From positions 73,511-137,510 of the forward strand of contig JACRQF010000005.1 in assembly GCA_016222825.1 (NCBI GenBank): a stretch of 64,000 bases of DNA. Direction: 5' to 3'. Within the stretch, counting starts at the first letter, position 1. Every line of letters begins with the position of its first letter. The notes under the pieces are model-generated. The model was not told where the DNA came from. It saw nothing but the letters and a program-made list of their open reading frames with translations, and searched no databases. The position numbers were made by a program, and so were the translations under genes. Shown here in pieces: positions 40,132 through 48,886 of the stretch. This DNA comes from Verrucomicrobiota bacterium (lineage in GTDB: Bacteria > Verrucomicrobiota > Verrucomicrobiia > CAIQCK01).

Positions 40132-41430
40132 ATGAGCACTGAGAACCAACAAACCCGTCGTCAATTCCTTCGAACGTCCGCAGCCGCCGCCGTGGCTGCC
40201 AGCAGCCTGTCTGTCGAGCGCGCCGCACACGCGGCTGGCAGCGGTGTCATCAAGATCGGCATGATCGGTGCTGGCGGTCGGTGCGCGGGCGCCGCCGCGA
40301 ATGCCATGAACTCTGGCCGCGATGTCCGCCTTGTGGCCATTCACGACGTCTTCATGGATCGCGTGAAAGGCAAGCTGGAGGCGCTCAAGAAGCAGAAGCC
40401 CGATCAAGTGCAAGTGGACGACACGCATTGCTTTGATGGGCTGGAAGGCTACAAAGGCGTTATTGAGGCCAGCGACGTGGTGCTCATCGCCAACGCAGCC
40501 AAGTTTCACCCCTTCTACACGATGGCCGCCGTGAAGGCCGGCAAGCACGTCTTTTGTGAGAAGCCGCATGGCATTGACCCGCACGGCATCAAAACGCTCA
40601 AAGCAGCGTGTGAACTGGCCAAGCAGAAGAAGCTCTCCGTTGTTTCCGGTCTCCAAAGCCGCTACGACAACGCCTACCAAGAAACGATGAAGCGCATCCA
40701 CGACGGCGCAATCGGCGACATCGTAGCGATTGAGGAGAACTTCCTGCGCCAACCATACGGCATTTATCGCCGTCAGGAAGGCTGGACCGAAGTGCAAAGC
40801 CAGTTCGGCAACCAGTATCACTTCGTCTGGCTCAGCGGCGATGACGTGCCGCAGTCGCTCGTCCACAACATGGACCGTGCGACGTGGGCCATGAGGGAAA
40901 CGCCACCGCTGAAATGCCACGGCCTCGGCGGCCGCGCCTCGTCGTTCAGTCCGGAACACGGCAACGTCTTCGACCATCACTCGGTCATCTATCACTACGC
41001 GAACGGCGTGCGGGCTTACGCGTTTTGCAGGACCGAGGTGCGCTGCTACAACGAGACTTCCAGCATCATCCTCGGCAGCAAGGGCCGCTGCTTTCTGTTG
41101 CAGTGCCGCATCGAAGGCGAGACGAACTGGAAGTTTGAAGGCAAGCGCAACATCGCCACCGACGCCGAACATCAGGTGTTGTTCGATTCCATCCGCAACG
41201 GCAAGCCGGTCAACAACGGCGACTACATGGCGCGCAGCACGCTCATCACCATCATGGGCCAGATCAGTTGCTACACCGGTGCGGAAGTGACGTGGGACCA
41301 GATCAACAAGTCCGACTTCTTCTTTGCGCCGAAGTGCGAGGACTGCCGCATGGACATGGAGCCGCCCGTCAAGCTCGGCCCCGACGGCACCTACCCGGTC
41401 TATGTGCCGGGCGTGACGAAGCTGATTTAG
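40132..41430 (+). CDS. Gfo/Idh/MocA-family oxidoreductase with Tat signal (tandem copy 2, very similar to 38822..40120)
   Basis: Near-identical N-terminus and motifs throughout; 432 aa, as in copy 1. Confidence 0.85.
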   Translation: MSTENQQTRRQFLRTSAAAAVAASSLSVERAAHAAGSGVIKIGMIGAGGRCAGAAANAMNSGRDVRLVAIHDVFMDRVKGKLEALKKQKPDQVQVDDTHCFDGLEGYKGVIEASDVVLIANAAKFHPFYTMAAVKAGKHVFCEKPHGIDPHGIKTLKAACELAKQKKLSVVSGLQSRYDNAYQETMKRIHDGAIGDIVAIEENFLRQPYGIYRRQEGWTEVQSQFGNQYHFVWLSGDDVPQSLVHNMDRATWAMRETPPLKCHGLGGRASSFSPEHGNVFDHHSVIYHYANGVRAYAFCRTEVRCYNETSSIILGSKGRCFLLQCRIEGETNWKFEGKRNIATDAEHQVLFDSIRNGKPVNNGDYMARSTLITIMGQISCYTGAEVTWDQINKSDFFFAPKCEDCRMDMEPPVKLGPDGTYPVYVPGVTKLI

Positions 41431-41536
41431 AGAGAAAGGAAACAAGCAACCACGGAATGCACCAAGCGCACGAAAAGAACTGACGACCTCGTCGCTGTCT
41501 TCCGTGCATTTCGTGCATTCCGTGGTTCCCATAATC

Positions 41537-42322
41537 ATGAACGCATTCTTGAAAGCGGGCTTCTGTGTGCTACTCGCCTCTGCAATCTCAACCGCCACTG
41601 CCGCGGAGCAGAAACAACCTGATGGTTATCCCTATGCCGGCCCGCCCGCCGCGCCGGCGAAACCGTTGCAGGTGCTGGTCGTCACCGGTTGCGATTATCC
41701 CGGTCACAAATGGCCGCTGACGACGCCGGCACTGGCGCAGGGCTTGCGTGAAGACCCGCGCGCCGATGTGCGCGTCGTCGAGGACGCGAACTTCCTCGAT
41801 TCGGCGGCACTGAGCCGCTACCACGTCGTCGTCCTGAACTACATGAACTGGAAGACGCCGGGGCCGGGCGAGACCGCGCGCGCGAACCTCAAGCGGTTCG
41901 TCGAGAACGGCAGCGGCTTGGTGCTGGTCCACTTCACTTGCGGCGCGTGGATGGAATGGCCGGAGTTTGTGAACCTCGCCGGCCGCGTCTGGAACCCGAA
42001 ACTACGCGGCCACGACCCGCGCGGGCCGTTCAAGGTTGAGATCGTCCAGCCGGAGCATCCGATCATGAAGGGCTTGCAGCCTTTCGAGACCGAGGACGAA
42101 CTTTACACATGTCTCGACGGCAACGTGCCCATCGAGGTGCTCGCGAAGGCGGTGTCGAAGGTGGACAAAAAGGATTACCCAATGGCGTTCGTGCTGAACG
42201 TCGGCAAGGGGCGCGTCTTCCATTCGCCGCTCGGTCACGACGTGAAAGCATTCAGCCCGCCCGTGCTCGGACTTTTCCGTCGCGGCACGGCGTGGGCCGC
42301 GGGCAAAACACCGACGCCGTGA
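41537..42322 (+). CDS. ThuA-like (trehalose-utilisation/class-I glutamine-amidotransferase-like) secreted protein
   Basis: LQVLVVTGCDYPGHKW...HVVVLNYMNW...GSGLVLVHF pattern typical of ThuA (PF06283); signal peptide. Confidence 0.7.
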   Translation: MNAFLKAGFCVLLASAISTATAAEQKQPDGYPYAGPPAAPAKPLQVLVVTGCDYPGHKWPLTTPALAQGLREDPRADVRVVEDANFLDSAALSRYHVVVLNYMNWKTPGPGETARANLKRFVENGSGLVLVHFTCGAWMEWPEFVNLAGRVWNPKLRGHDPRGPFKVEIVQPEHPIMKGLQPFETEDELYTCLDGNVPIEVLAKAVSKVDKKDYPMAFVLNVGKGRVFHSPLGHDVKAFSPPVLGLFRRGTAWAAGKTPTP

Positions 42323-42331
42323 TGATTAGCG

Positions 42332-42592
42332 ATGGACGCACACCAAACAGCCGAGGCTACTGTTCTTTACGTTCAGCTTCTGGACGAAGGGACCAGTGTA
42401 TACCGACCAACGGCAGCAAAGCCGCTCGGCAATGGTCTTTACGAATTGCTTCCCACTCCTGACTACGATCCCGAAAATGAGAAGTGGGAATTCACACCAG
42501 GATCCATAGTCCAGATTGTTCAAAGGGACTTAGCTGAAGGACGTGTTCTGGTTGCTGTCGCACGTCAGATTGATAGAAAGGATCGACCATGA
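42332..42592 (+). CDS. Small hypothetical protein (86 aa) in a locally low-GC stretch
   Basis: Clean ORF MDAHQTAEATVLYVQLLDEG...; composition differs from its neighbours; 4-nt overlap with the next gene. Confidence 0.35.
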   Translation: MDAHQTAEATVLYVQLLDEGTSVYRPTAAKPLGNGLYELLPTPDYDPENEKWEFTPGSIVQIVQRDLAEGRVLVAVARQIDRKDRP

Positions 42593-43797
42593 ACGAACAT
42601 CATTTTTTCTCCCGCCGCCAATTCCTCGGCGGCGCGCTGGCGACAGCGGCGGCGTTACCGTTGGGCGCACTGGCACAGGAAGCGAAGCCGAAGGAATTCG
42701 CGCGCAAAATCAAGCTCGGCCTCATCGGCTGCGGCGGGCGCGGCTCGTGGCTGGGCGGCCTTTTCAAGCAACACGGCGGCTACGAAATTTGCGCCGTGGC
42801 GGATTATTTCCCAGAGCGAGCCGAGAAAGCCGGCGAGAAGTTCGGCGTGGACAAGTCGCGCCGGTTCTCCGGGCTGAGCGCTCACAAACGATTGCTCGAA
42901 AGCGGCGTCGAAGCCGTGACGGTGGTGAATGTCCCTCACTTCCATCCCGACCACGGCTACGCGGCGGTGGAAGCGGGTTGCCACGTGTTCGGGGCGAAGC
43001 CGGCGGCTGTTGACGTGCCAGGCGCGCTCAAGGTCCAAGCCGCGGGTAAAATCGCGACACAGAAGAAGCTCTGCTACCTCGTGGACTACCAGATTTGGAC
43101 TGACCCGGTCAACATCGAGGTCGTCAAACGCATCCACGAGGGCGGCCTCGGCAAGCTCGGCCACATTGACAGCGTCGGCTTCTCGATCCCGTGGGGCGAA
43201 CCGCCAATCAAGACCGCCGAAGACCGCTTGCGCTGGTGGCTGGCGACCACGGCGCTGTCGGGCGATGTCATCAATGAACTCAGCATCCACTCCATCAACG
43301 CGGTGCTGTGGACAGTCGGGAAGCGGCCCGCGAGCGCCATCGGCCGCACGCGCGTCGTCCGGTCCAACCCGCGCTTCGAGTTCCGCGAGATCTATCTCGT
43401 CACCTACGAGTTCGACGACGGCCTGCTCTGGACCCACCGCGTCCAGTCGCTGCGGAATGATCTGGATTGGGCGCTGAAACTCGACGCTTACGGCGACAAA
43501 GCCACCGCGCTCGTCAGCTACCGCGGCAAGTCCTTCCTGCGCAGCGGGCCGAAGCATTACGGCGGCGGCGAGGTTGTGAGCCTCTACGACCAGGGCGCCA
43601 TCCGCAACATCGCCACCTTCTACGACAACATCGTCCAGGGACGCTGCGACAACGCAACTGCACAGCAGGCCGGCGACGACGTGCTTACCGCCGTGCTCGG
43701 TCGCGAAGCCTGCGCACGCCGTTGCTGCCTGACGATGGACGAGCTGATCAAGGAGAACAAGAAGCTGGAGTATGACCTGACCGGACTGAAAGTTTGA
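42589..43797 (+). CDS. Gfo/Idh/MocA-family oxidoreductase with Tat signal
   Basis: FSRRQFLGGALATAAALPLGALA; KLGLIGCGGRG. Confidence 0.85.
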   Translation: MNEHHFFSRRQFLGGALATAAALPLGALAQEAKPKEFARKIKLGLIGCGGRGSWLGGLFKQHGGYEICAVADYFPERAEKAGEKFGVDKSRRFSGLSAHKRLLESGVEAVTVVNVPHFHPDHGYAAVEAGCHVFGAKPAAVDVPGALKVQAAGKIATQKKLCYLVDYQIWTDPVNIEVVKRIHEGGLGKLGHIDSVGFSIPWGEPPIKTAEDRLRWWLATTALSGDVINELSIHSINAVLWTVGKRPASAIGRTRVVRSNPRFEFREIYLVTYEFDDGLLWTHRVQSLRNDLDWALKLDAYGDKATALVSYRGKSFLRSGPKHYGGGEVVSLYDQGAIRNIATFYDNIVQGRCDNATAQQAGDDVLTAVLGREACARRCCLTMDELIKENKKLEYDLTGLKV

Positions 43798-43838
43798 GAA
43801 GCAGGATTGAACCAAACCCGAACCAAAGGAGAACGAAC

Positions 43839-44699
43839 ATGATCGAATTGGGACTTCACACTGACAATTGGCGGCCGCTGAGCATGAGCTTCGAGGCCGC
43901 GTGCGACAAGATCGCCGCCGTCGGCATCAAACACCTTGAGTTCGCCGTCATCCACGGCCAGAACTTCATCCAGGCGCTCGGCTACGACCCCGGCATCTCC
44001 CTCCAGGCCAACCCGCTCGCCCTGCGCCGCTACCTCGACAAGAAGGGCCTCAAGGTCACGCAGATTGACGGCTCCTACCCGATGATGGGGCCAAACGGCT
44101 CCTCCTTCGGCGTCCAATACGTCCAGCAGAGCATCCGCTTCGCCGCCGACATCGGCTGCCCGATGGTGGACACCGTGGACGGCGCGTTCGAGACGCCGGG
44201 CATGACGCGCAAGGAAGTCTTCCGCGTCACCTGCGAGAACTACGCCCAGTGCCTGCCGTGGGCCGAGGACTACGGCATCGTCATCAACGTCGAGCCGCAC
44301 GGCCCCTACACCAACGACCCCGAGTTCATGCTCAAGCTCTTCAAGCACTTCGACTCCGAGTTCCTGCGCTGCAACTTCGACACCGGCAACAGCTTCATCG
44401 CCGGCCACACCCCGCAGGATTACCTGAAGACCCTGCGCCCCTACCTCTCGCACCTCCACATCAAGGACGTCAGCCCCGATCTGGCGGCGGCCGTGCGCGG
44501 CGAAGAGACCGGCATCGGCAGCTCCGTCGTCCCTGTTGGCGGCGGCGTCAACGCCGACAACATCAAGAAGTGCATGGAGTATCTCCACAAGACCAAGTGG
44601 AGCGGCTCCGTCTCCATCGAGTGCCACGGCTCCGACGAGAACACCAAGGCCAGCGTCGCGTGGATGCGCGGCGTGCTGAAGGGGCTGAAGAAGAAGTGA
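43839..44699 (+). CDS. Sugar phosphate isomerase/epimerase (xylose-isomerase-like TIM barrel)
   Basis: MIELGLHTDNW...IKHLEF...NVEPHGPYTN...HIKD pattern; RBS AAGGAG upstream of the ATG. Confidence 0.8.
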   Translation: MIELGLHTDNWRPLSMSFEAACDKIAAVGIKHLEFAVIHGQNFIQALGYDPGISLQANPLALRRYLDKKGLKVTQIDGSYPMMGPNGSSFGVQYVQQSIRFAADIGCPMVDTVDGAFETPGMTRKEVFRVTCENYAQCLPWAEDYGIVINVEPHGPYTNDPEFMLKLFKHFDSEFLRCNFDTGNSFIAGHTPQDYLKTLRPYLSHLHIKDVSPDLAAAVRGEETGIGSSVVPVGGGVNADNIKKCMEYLHKTKWSGSVSIECHGSDENTKASVAWMRGVLKGLKKK

Positions 44700-44835
44700 G
44701 TGGTGATTGGTAACTGGTGATTCGTAATTCGTAACTCGTGATTGGTGATTCGTGGTTCGTGGTTCGGTGCGACGCAGTGCGTTCCCCGAATCACCAATTA
44801 CCAATCACGAGTCCACGAGCCACGGATTACGGACG
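44700..44835. repeat. Heptad-array hairpin element, copy 5 (about 9 heptamers per arm, GGTGATT/TCGTAAT/TCGTGGT units)
   Basis: Left arm 44700-44767 (GTGGTGA TTGGTAA CTGGTGA TTCGTAA TTCGTAA CTCGTGA TTGGTGA TTCGTGG TTCGTGG). Right arm 44786-44832 (CCGAATCACC AATTACC AATCACG AGTCCAC GAGCCAC GGATTACGG). It starts 1 nt after the isomerase stop. Confidence 0.7.
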
Positions 44836-44842
44836 CCGCCCC

Positions 44843-45163
44843 TCACTCCAGCGGCGTATCGAGCTGCAGCAGACAGTGGCCGAGGTTCAGCGTCGTCGAG
44901 CCTGCGGCCGGCAGGAACGCGGGCGTCATCGCGAAAAACCCGCGATAGCGCTGCACCGCGATCCCCATCCGCGTCAAGACGACCAGATGCTTGTATGCCG
45001 AATCGGGAGTCGTCCCCGTGCGCTTGGCCAGATCCGCCGTCGGCAACATCTCCCCCTTGCTCATCTCCCGCAACAGCCTCCATCGCGTCTCATCGCTCAA
45101 CAACTTGCTGACCTGCCTCAGCGACAGCGGCAGCGTTCCCGTCGGAGTGTTTGTCGTGCTCAT
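44843..45163 (-). CDS. Small winged-helix (ArsR-like) putative transcriptional regulator
   Basis: About 107 aa; WRLLREMSKGEMLPTADLAKRTGTTPDSAYKHLVVLTRMGIA resembles an HTH. Confidence 0.4.
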   Translation of the reverse strand: MSTTNTPTGTLPLSLRQVSKLLSDETRWRLLREMSKGEMLPTADLAKRTGTTPDSAYKHLVVLTRMGIAVQRYRGFFAMTPAFLPAAGSTTLNLGHCLLQLDTPLE

Positions 45164-45260
45164 AGAATGCTCCAGTGGTTCGCGCCCTTGTAACTCCGCC
45201 CCTCCCGGCAAGGCAAGCGTATTTCCCGACCGTCAGACATAGCCCGGGGAGGCGGTAGGA

Positions 45261-45575
45261 AAGAACGCCGAGGCTGCGATCCAGAACCCACAGCCTGCGG
45301 CCAAGAATGCCCAAGCGTCGGCACGGATTCCCCACGCTCCGATACAGATGCCCCAAGAGCCGGCACAGAATCCCCAATCGCCCGGACAGACTGCCAAAGA
45401 GTCCGGACAGAACCCCTACGCTCCGATAATGAATGTCCAGGCGGCAATATATAACCCCCAAGCGGCGGCAAAGAACCCCCAATCGTAGGCACAGAACCCC
45501 TGAGCGGTGGCGAAGAATCACCCGGCGGTGATACATATCCACTCGACGGCCGGAATACTGCCCCAACACCCCAGA
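45261..45575. repeat. Degenerate tandem array, about 15 x 21 bp (consensus CAGAAYCCCCAANCGNCGGCA)
   Basis: Units read directly; in-frame translation gives heptad-like QNPQSPA repeats interrupted by stops; not covered by a credible ORF. Confidence 0.65.
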
Positions 45576-45899
45576 AGCATGCAGAAACGTGTGGAAAACA
45601 AGGCGAAACGCTCCGAGAGGTTCGTTACACCCTCCGCCTGCGAGCCACACCCCTCCGAGAGCGCGGGCATCCTGCTCGTCTTCGACGACAACTTGCCGGA
45701 CTGCAATATGAAGGATGCCCATCACGGTTTGCGTGCCCCGGCGGGCAGGATGCCCGCGCTCCCAGATCGCAGACGCGCGCGATACAGCCATGATCTTCTG
45801 AACAAGCTGCGATCCTTCATCAAAAAGGAATGGTGCAGCCAAGCACAGTGATCAAGCGTCGAGCTGCGCTGCTTGTGTTTGTGCGCCATCTCCGGCATT

Positions 45900-47888
45900 A
45901 TGCGCGTCGGCGTGAGCATCAAGCCTGTCATCTTCATCTCCGCTGTCAGTCGCGAACTTCGTTCCGCGCGCGACGTGGTCGCCAAGAAGCTAGCCTTCCT
46001 CGGCTACGATGCCGAGTGGCAGGACGTCTTCGGCACCGAACAGGGCGACATCAAAGAGATGCTCCGTCGCCGTATTGATGCTGCCGCCGGGGTCGTTCAA
46101 CTGGTTGGGCAATGTCATGGTTGCGAGCCTCTAAAACCTGATAGCGACTTTGGTCGCATCAGCTACACTCAATACGAAGCCCTCTATGCCATCCAGCGCG
46201 GCAAGAAAGTTTGGTTCATTCTCCTCGACGAGAATTTTCCGACCGATCCCCACGACCCCGAGGCTGACGAGCATCGGCAACTCCAGAGCGCCTACCGCCA
46301 GCGCATCCGCAGTGGATCCTACCTCTGGCACAGCGCCGCCACTAACATCGAAATCGAGAACCACATTTTCGGTTTGAAAAACGATCTCGCTGGTTTGCGC
46401 CACCGTGTCAAACAATGGGCTATCCTCGTCCTTGTGCTCCTGATTGCGCTGACTGCAGGCGGCGCGTGGCTTGTCTGTGGTCAAGCCGGGCAAACCAACA
46501 GCATCACTGAAATTAAGAATCAGAACGAGAAACTTCACGCCGCCGTTCGCGAACTTTCGCAGACGGTCGCCAAAGTTAGCCAGACAGGAGACAAAGAAGA
46601 TCAGCAGTCCCGGCTCGCTCGTGCATATGCGGTCCTTGAAACCAAACTACAATTACCACCAGGCACGTTGGAGAAAGAGCTTCCTCGGTTTGCCGAACAA
46701 CTTCTCCAGCGCAGTGACACCAGCGCGATAGACCGCGCCAACGCGCTGTTCGCCGTAAAGAAGTTTGCGGAAGCCGAGGCCGCTGCGTTGAAGGCCAAGG
46801 ACAAAGCATTGGCGGCCGCCGGCCAAACGGTGAAAGACACGATCGCCGCGTTGGAATTGGCCGGCAGTGCCGCAGAGGAGCAGATTCATTACGTGTGCGC
46901 ACTCGACCACTACCGGGCTGCCGCAGCCCTGACCAGCCAGCAGCGCGATCCTATTGAGTGGGCGCGCGTGCAGCACGGGATTACCCGCCTACTTTATGAC
47001 CAAGGGGACTATCGCCAAGCTGTAGAAGTTCTTCGCCCCATAATCAACATCCGGCAGCGCTTGTTGGGGCCGGAACATCCAGACACGCTGACCAGCCGTA
47101 GCAACTTGGCCGCAGCGCTAATTGCTCAAGGCAGTAACGCCGAGGCAATGCGGGAGTTCCGTGCTGTGCTGGTCACCCGTCAGCGGGTGCTGGGGCCGGA
47201 GCATTCGGACACGCTGACCAGCCGCAGCAACTTAGCCGCTGCGTTTATCTATCAGGGCAAATACGCCGAGGCGGAAGCGGAGAGCCGCGCCGTGTTGGCC
47301 ATCCGCCAGCGGGTGCTGGGACCTGAGCATGTGGACACGCTAACCAGCCGTATGAATGTCGCCAATGCGCTTCTTGTCCAAGGCAAGCACCCGGAAGCCG
47401 AGACGGAACACCGCGTTGTGTTGGCCATCCGTCAGCGGGTGCTTGGGCCAGAACACCCGGACACACTAGACAGCCGCATGAATTTCGCTAATGCACTGAA
47501 TGCCCAAGCCAAACACGCGGAGGCCGAGAAGGAACATCGCGACGTGCTGGCCATCCGCCAACGCATGCTGGGGCCGGAGCATCCCGATACGTTGAACAGC
47601 CGCAGCAACTTGGCTGCTGCGCTCGTTTCCCAAGGCAAATACGCCGACGCGGAGGTGGAAAGCCGCGCTGTGCTGGCTGTCCGCCAACGCGTGCTGGGGC
47701 CGGAGCATCCCGATGTTTTTCAGTCATACTACAACTTGGCAGCAGTCTTGGCGGCACCGTGGAAGATAACGGAGTCGCTTACCTTTGCTCGGCAGGCGTT
47801 TGATGGCTGGCGAAAAACACTGGGTGAAACACACACATGGACACAACAGGCTAAGAAGCTGGTCGAAAGACTCGAGAAAGCACCCTGA
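45900..47888 (+). CDS. DUF4062-like N-terminal domain, single TM, coiled coil, and at least seven kinesin-light-chain-type TPR (TPR_10/12) repeats
   Basis: N-terminus VIFISAVSRELRSARDVVAKKLAFLGYDAEW...YTQYEALYAIQRGKKVWFILLDE matches the DUF4062 pattern. TM WAILVLVLLIALTAGGAWLV. Repeated RQRVLGPEHPDTLTSRSNLAAAL modules. G+C of the 5' half looks lower than surrounding genes. Confidence 0.65.
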   Translation: MRVGVSIKPVIFISAVSRELRSARDVVAKKLAFLGYDAEWQDVFGTEQGDIKEMLRRRIDAAAGVVQLVGQCHGCEPLKPDSDFGRISYTQYEALYAIQRGKKVWFILLDENFPTDPHDPEADEHRQLQSAYRQRIRSGSYLWHSAATNIEIENHIFGLKNDLAGLRHRVKQWAILVLVLLIALTAGGAWLVCGQAGQTNSITEIKNQNEKLHAAVRELSQTVAKVSQTGDKEDQQSRLARAYAVLETKLQLPPGTLEKELPRFAEQLLQRSDTSAIDRANALFAVKKFAEAEAAALKAKDKALAAAGQTVKDTIAALELAGSAAEEQIHYVCALDHYRAAAALTSQQRDPIEWARVQHGITRLLYDQGDYRQAVEVLRPIINIRQRLLGPEHPDTLTSRSNLAAALIAQGSNAEAMREFRAVLVTRQRVLGPEHSDTLTSRSNLAAAFIYQGKYAEAEAESRAVLAIRQRVLGPEHVDTLTSRMNVANALLVQGKHPEAETEHRVVLAIRQRVLGPEHPDTLDSRMNFANALNAQAKHAEAEKEHRDVLAIRQRMLGPEHPDTLNSRSNLAAALVSQGKYADAEVESRAVLAVRQRVLGPEHPDVFQSYYNLAAVLAAPWKITESLTFARQAFDGWRKTLGETHTWTQQAKKLVERLEKAP

Positions 47889-47911
47889 CCACACCAGAGG
47901 AGACAAATTAG

Positions 47912-48823
47912 ATGAAACAAACAAATGGATGTTCCCGCAGGCAATTCATCGGCGGCGCACTCGCTGCCACGGCGTCAGGCGCGGTGATGCGCGCGATGGC
48001 GGCGGAAAACAAACTCGGCTTCGTCGCCGCAGGTAAGGAGTTCGCCTTCGACACGGGTGCGCTGCGCGGCACGTTGCGCGGCGGGGGGCAGTCGAAGGGA
48101 TTGATCCCGGCGTTCGATTGCGCGAGCGGCGCGGCGCTGACGAAATCGCTCGGCTTGTTCTCGCACTACCGGCTGTTCGAAGAGAACAAGCGTTTCGGCA
48201 AAGCAGCGTGGGATTGGGCCAGCGAGGCGAAGCTGGTGGGCAACGGCGCGCTGGAGGTGCGCTGGACGGCGGACGACGCGCATCCGTTTGACATGATGGC
48301 GGTCTATCGCTGGTCGGCGCCGAACGCGCTGGACCTGACGACGCGCGTGACGGCGCGAAAGGAACTGAAGCGGTTCGAGGTGTTCCTGGCGTCGTATTTC
48401 GAGGGCTTCCCGACCACGGTGGTTTGGGCGGGCGACAAGCCGGCGTTCGTCAGCGCATCGAAGGAGGCGGGCAAATGGCACATGTTCCCGCGCGACGAGG
48501 CGGCGGTGAAGATGATTCAGGACGGCCGCTGGAAGTATCCGCCGAGTCCCGTGGAGTGGACCATCCGGCCGAAGCTGGCCGCGCCGCTGGCCATCCGCCG
48601 CGACGCGGAGCGCAAGCTGGCGGCGGTGTTGATGACGCGTGCGGAGGATGCCTATGCCATCGCCTGCCCGCAGGATGAGGAAGGTCATCGCTCGCTCTAT
48701 TTCTCACTGTTCGGCCGCGACCTGAAGAACGGCGAGTCGGTGGAGGCGAAGTCGCGACTGATGATTTGCCACGAGATCACGAACGAGAAGGCGCTGGAAC
48801 TTTACAACGAGTTCCGAAAGTAG
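47912..48823 (+). CDS. Tat-signal hypothetical protein
   Basis: CSRRQFIGGALAATASGAVMRAMA leader; no family recognised. Confidence 0.55.
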   Translation: MKQTNGCSRRQFIGGALAATASGAVMRAMAAENKLGFVAAGKEFAFDTGALRGTLRGGGQSKGLIPAFDCASGAALTKSLGLFSHYRLFEENKRFGKAAWDWASEAKLVGNGALEVRWTADDAHPFDMMAVYRWSAPNALDLTTRVTARKELKRFEVFLASYFEGFPTTVVWAGDKPAFVSASKEAGKWHMFPRDEAAVKMIQDGRWKYPPSPVEWTIRPKLAAPLAIRRDAERKLAAVLMTRAEDAYAIACPQDEEGHRSLYFSLFGRDLKNGESVEAKSRLMICHEITNEKALELYNEFRK

Positions 48824-48886
48824 TCGTCTTGCTCCGCGAGACGATTTGATATGATTATCTCCACTCGCAGAGCGAGCAGGACTACT

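Noticed and set aside
45090-45842. 250-aa minus-strand ORF (LGVLCRRLGVIYCRL...) and 110-aa ORF 45160..45492 over the 21-bp tandem array
   Set aside because: The translation is a periodic low-complexity artefact of the repeat; no start context or homology.
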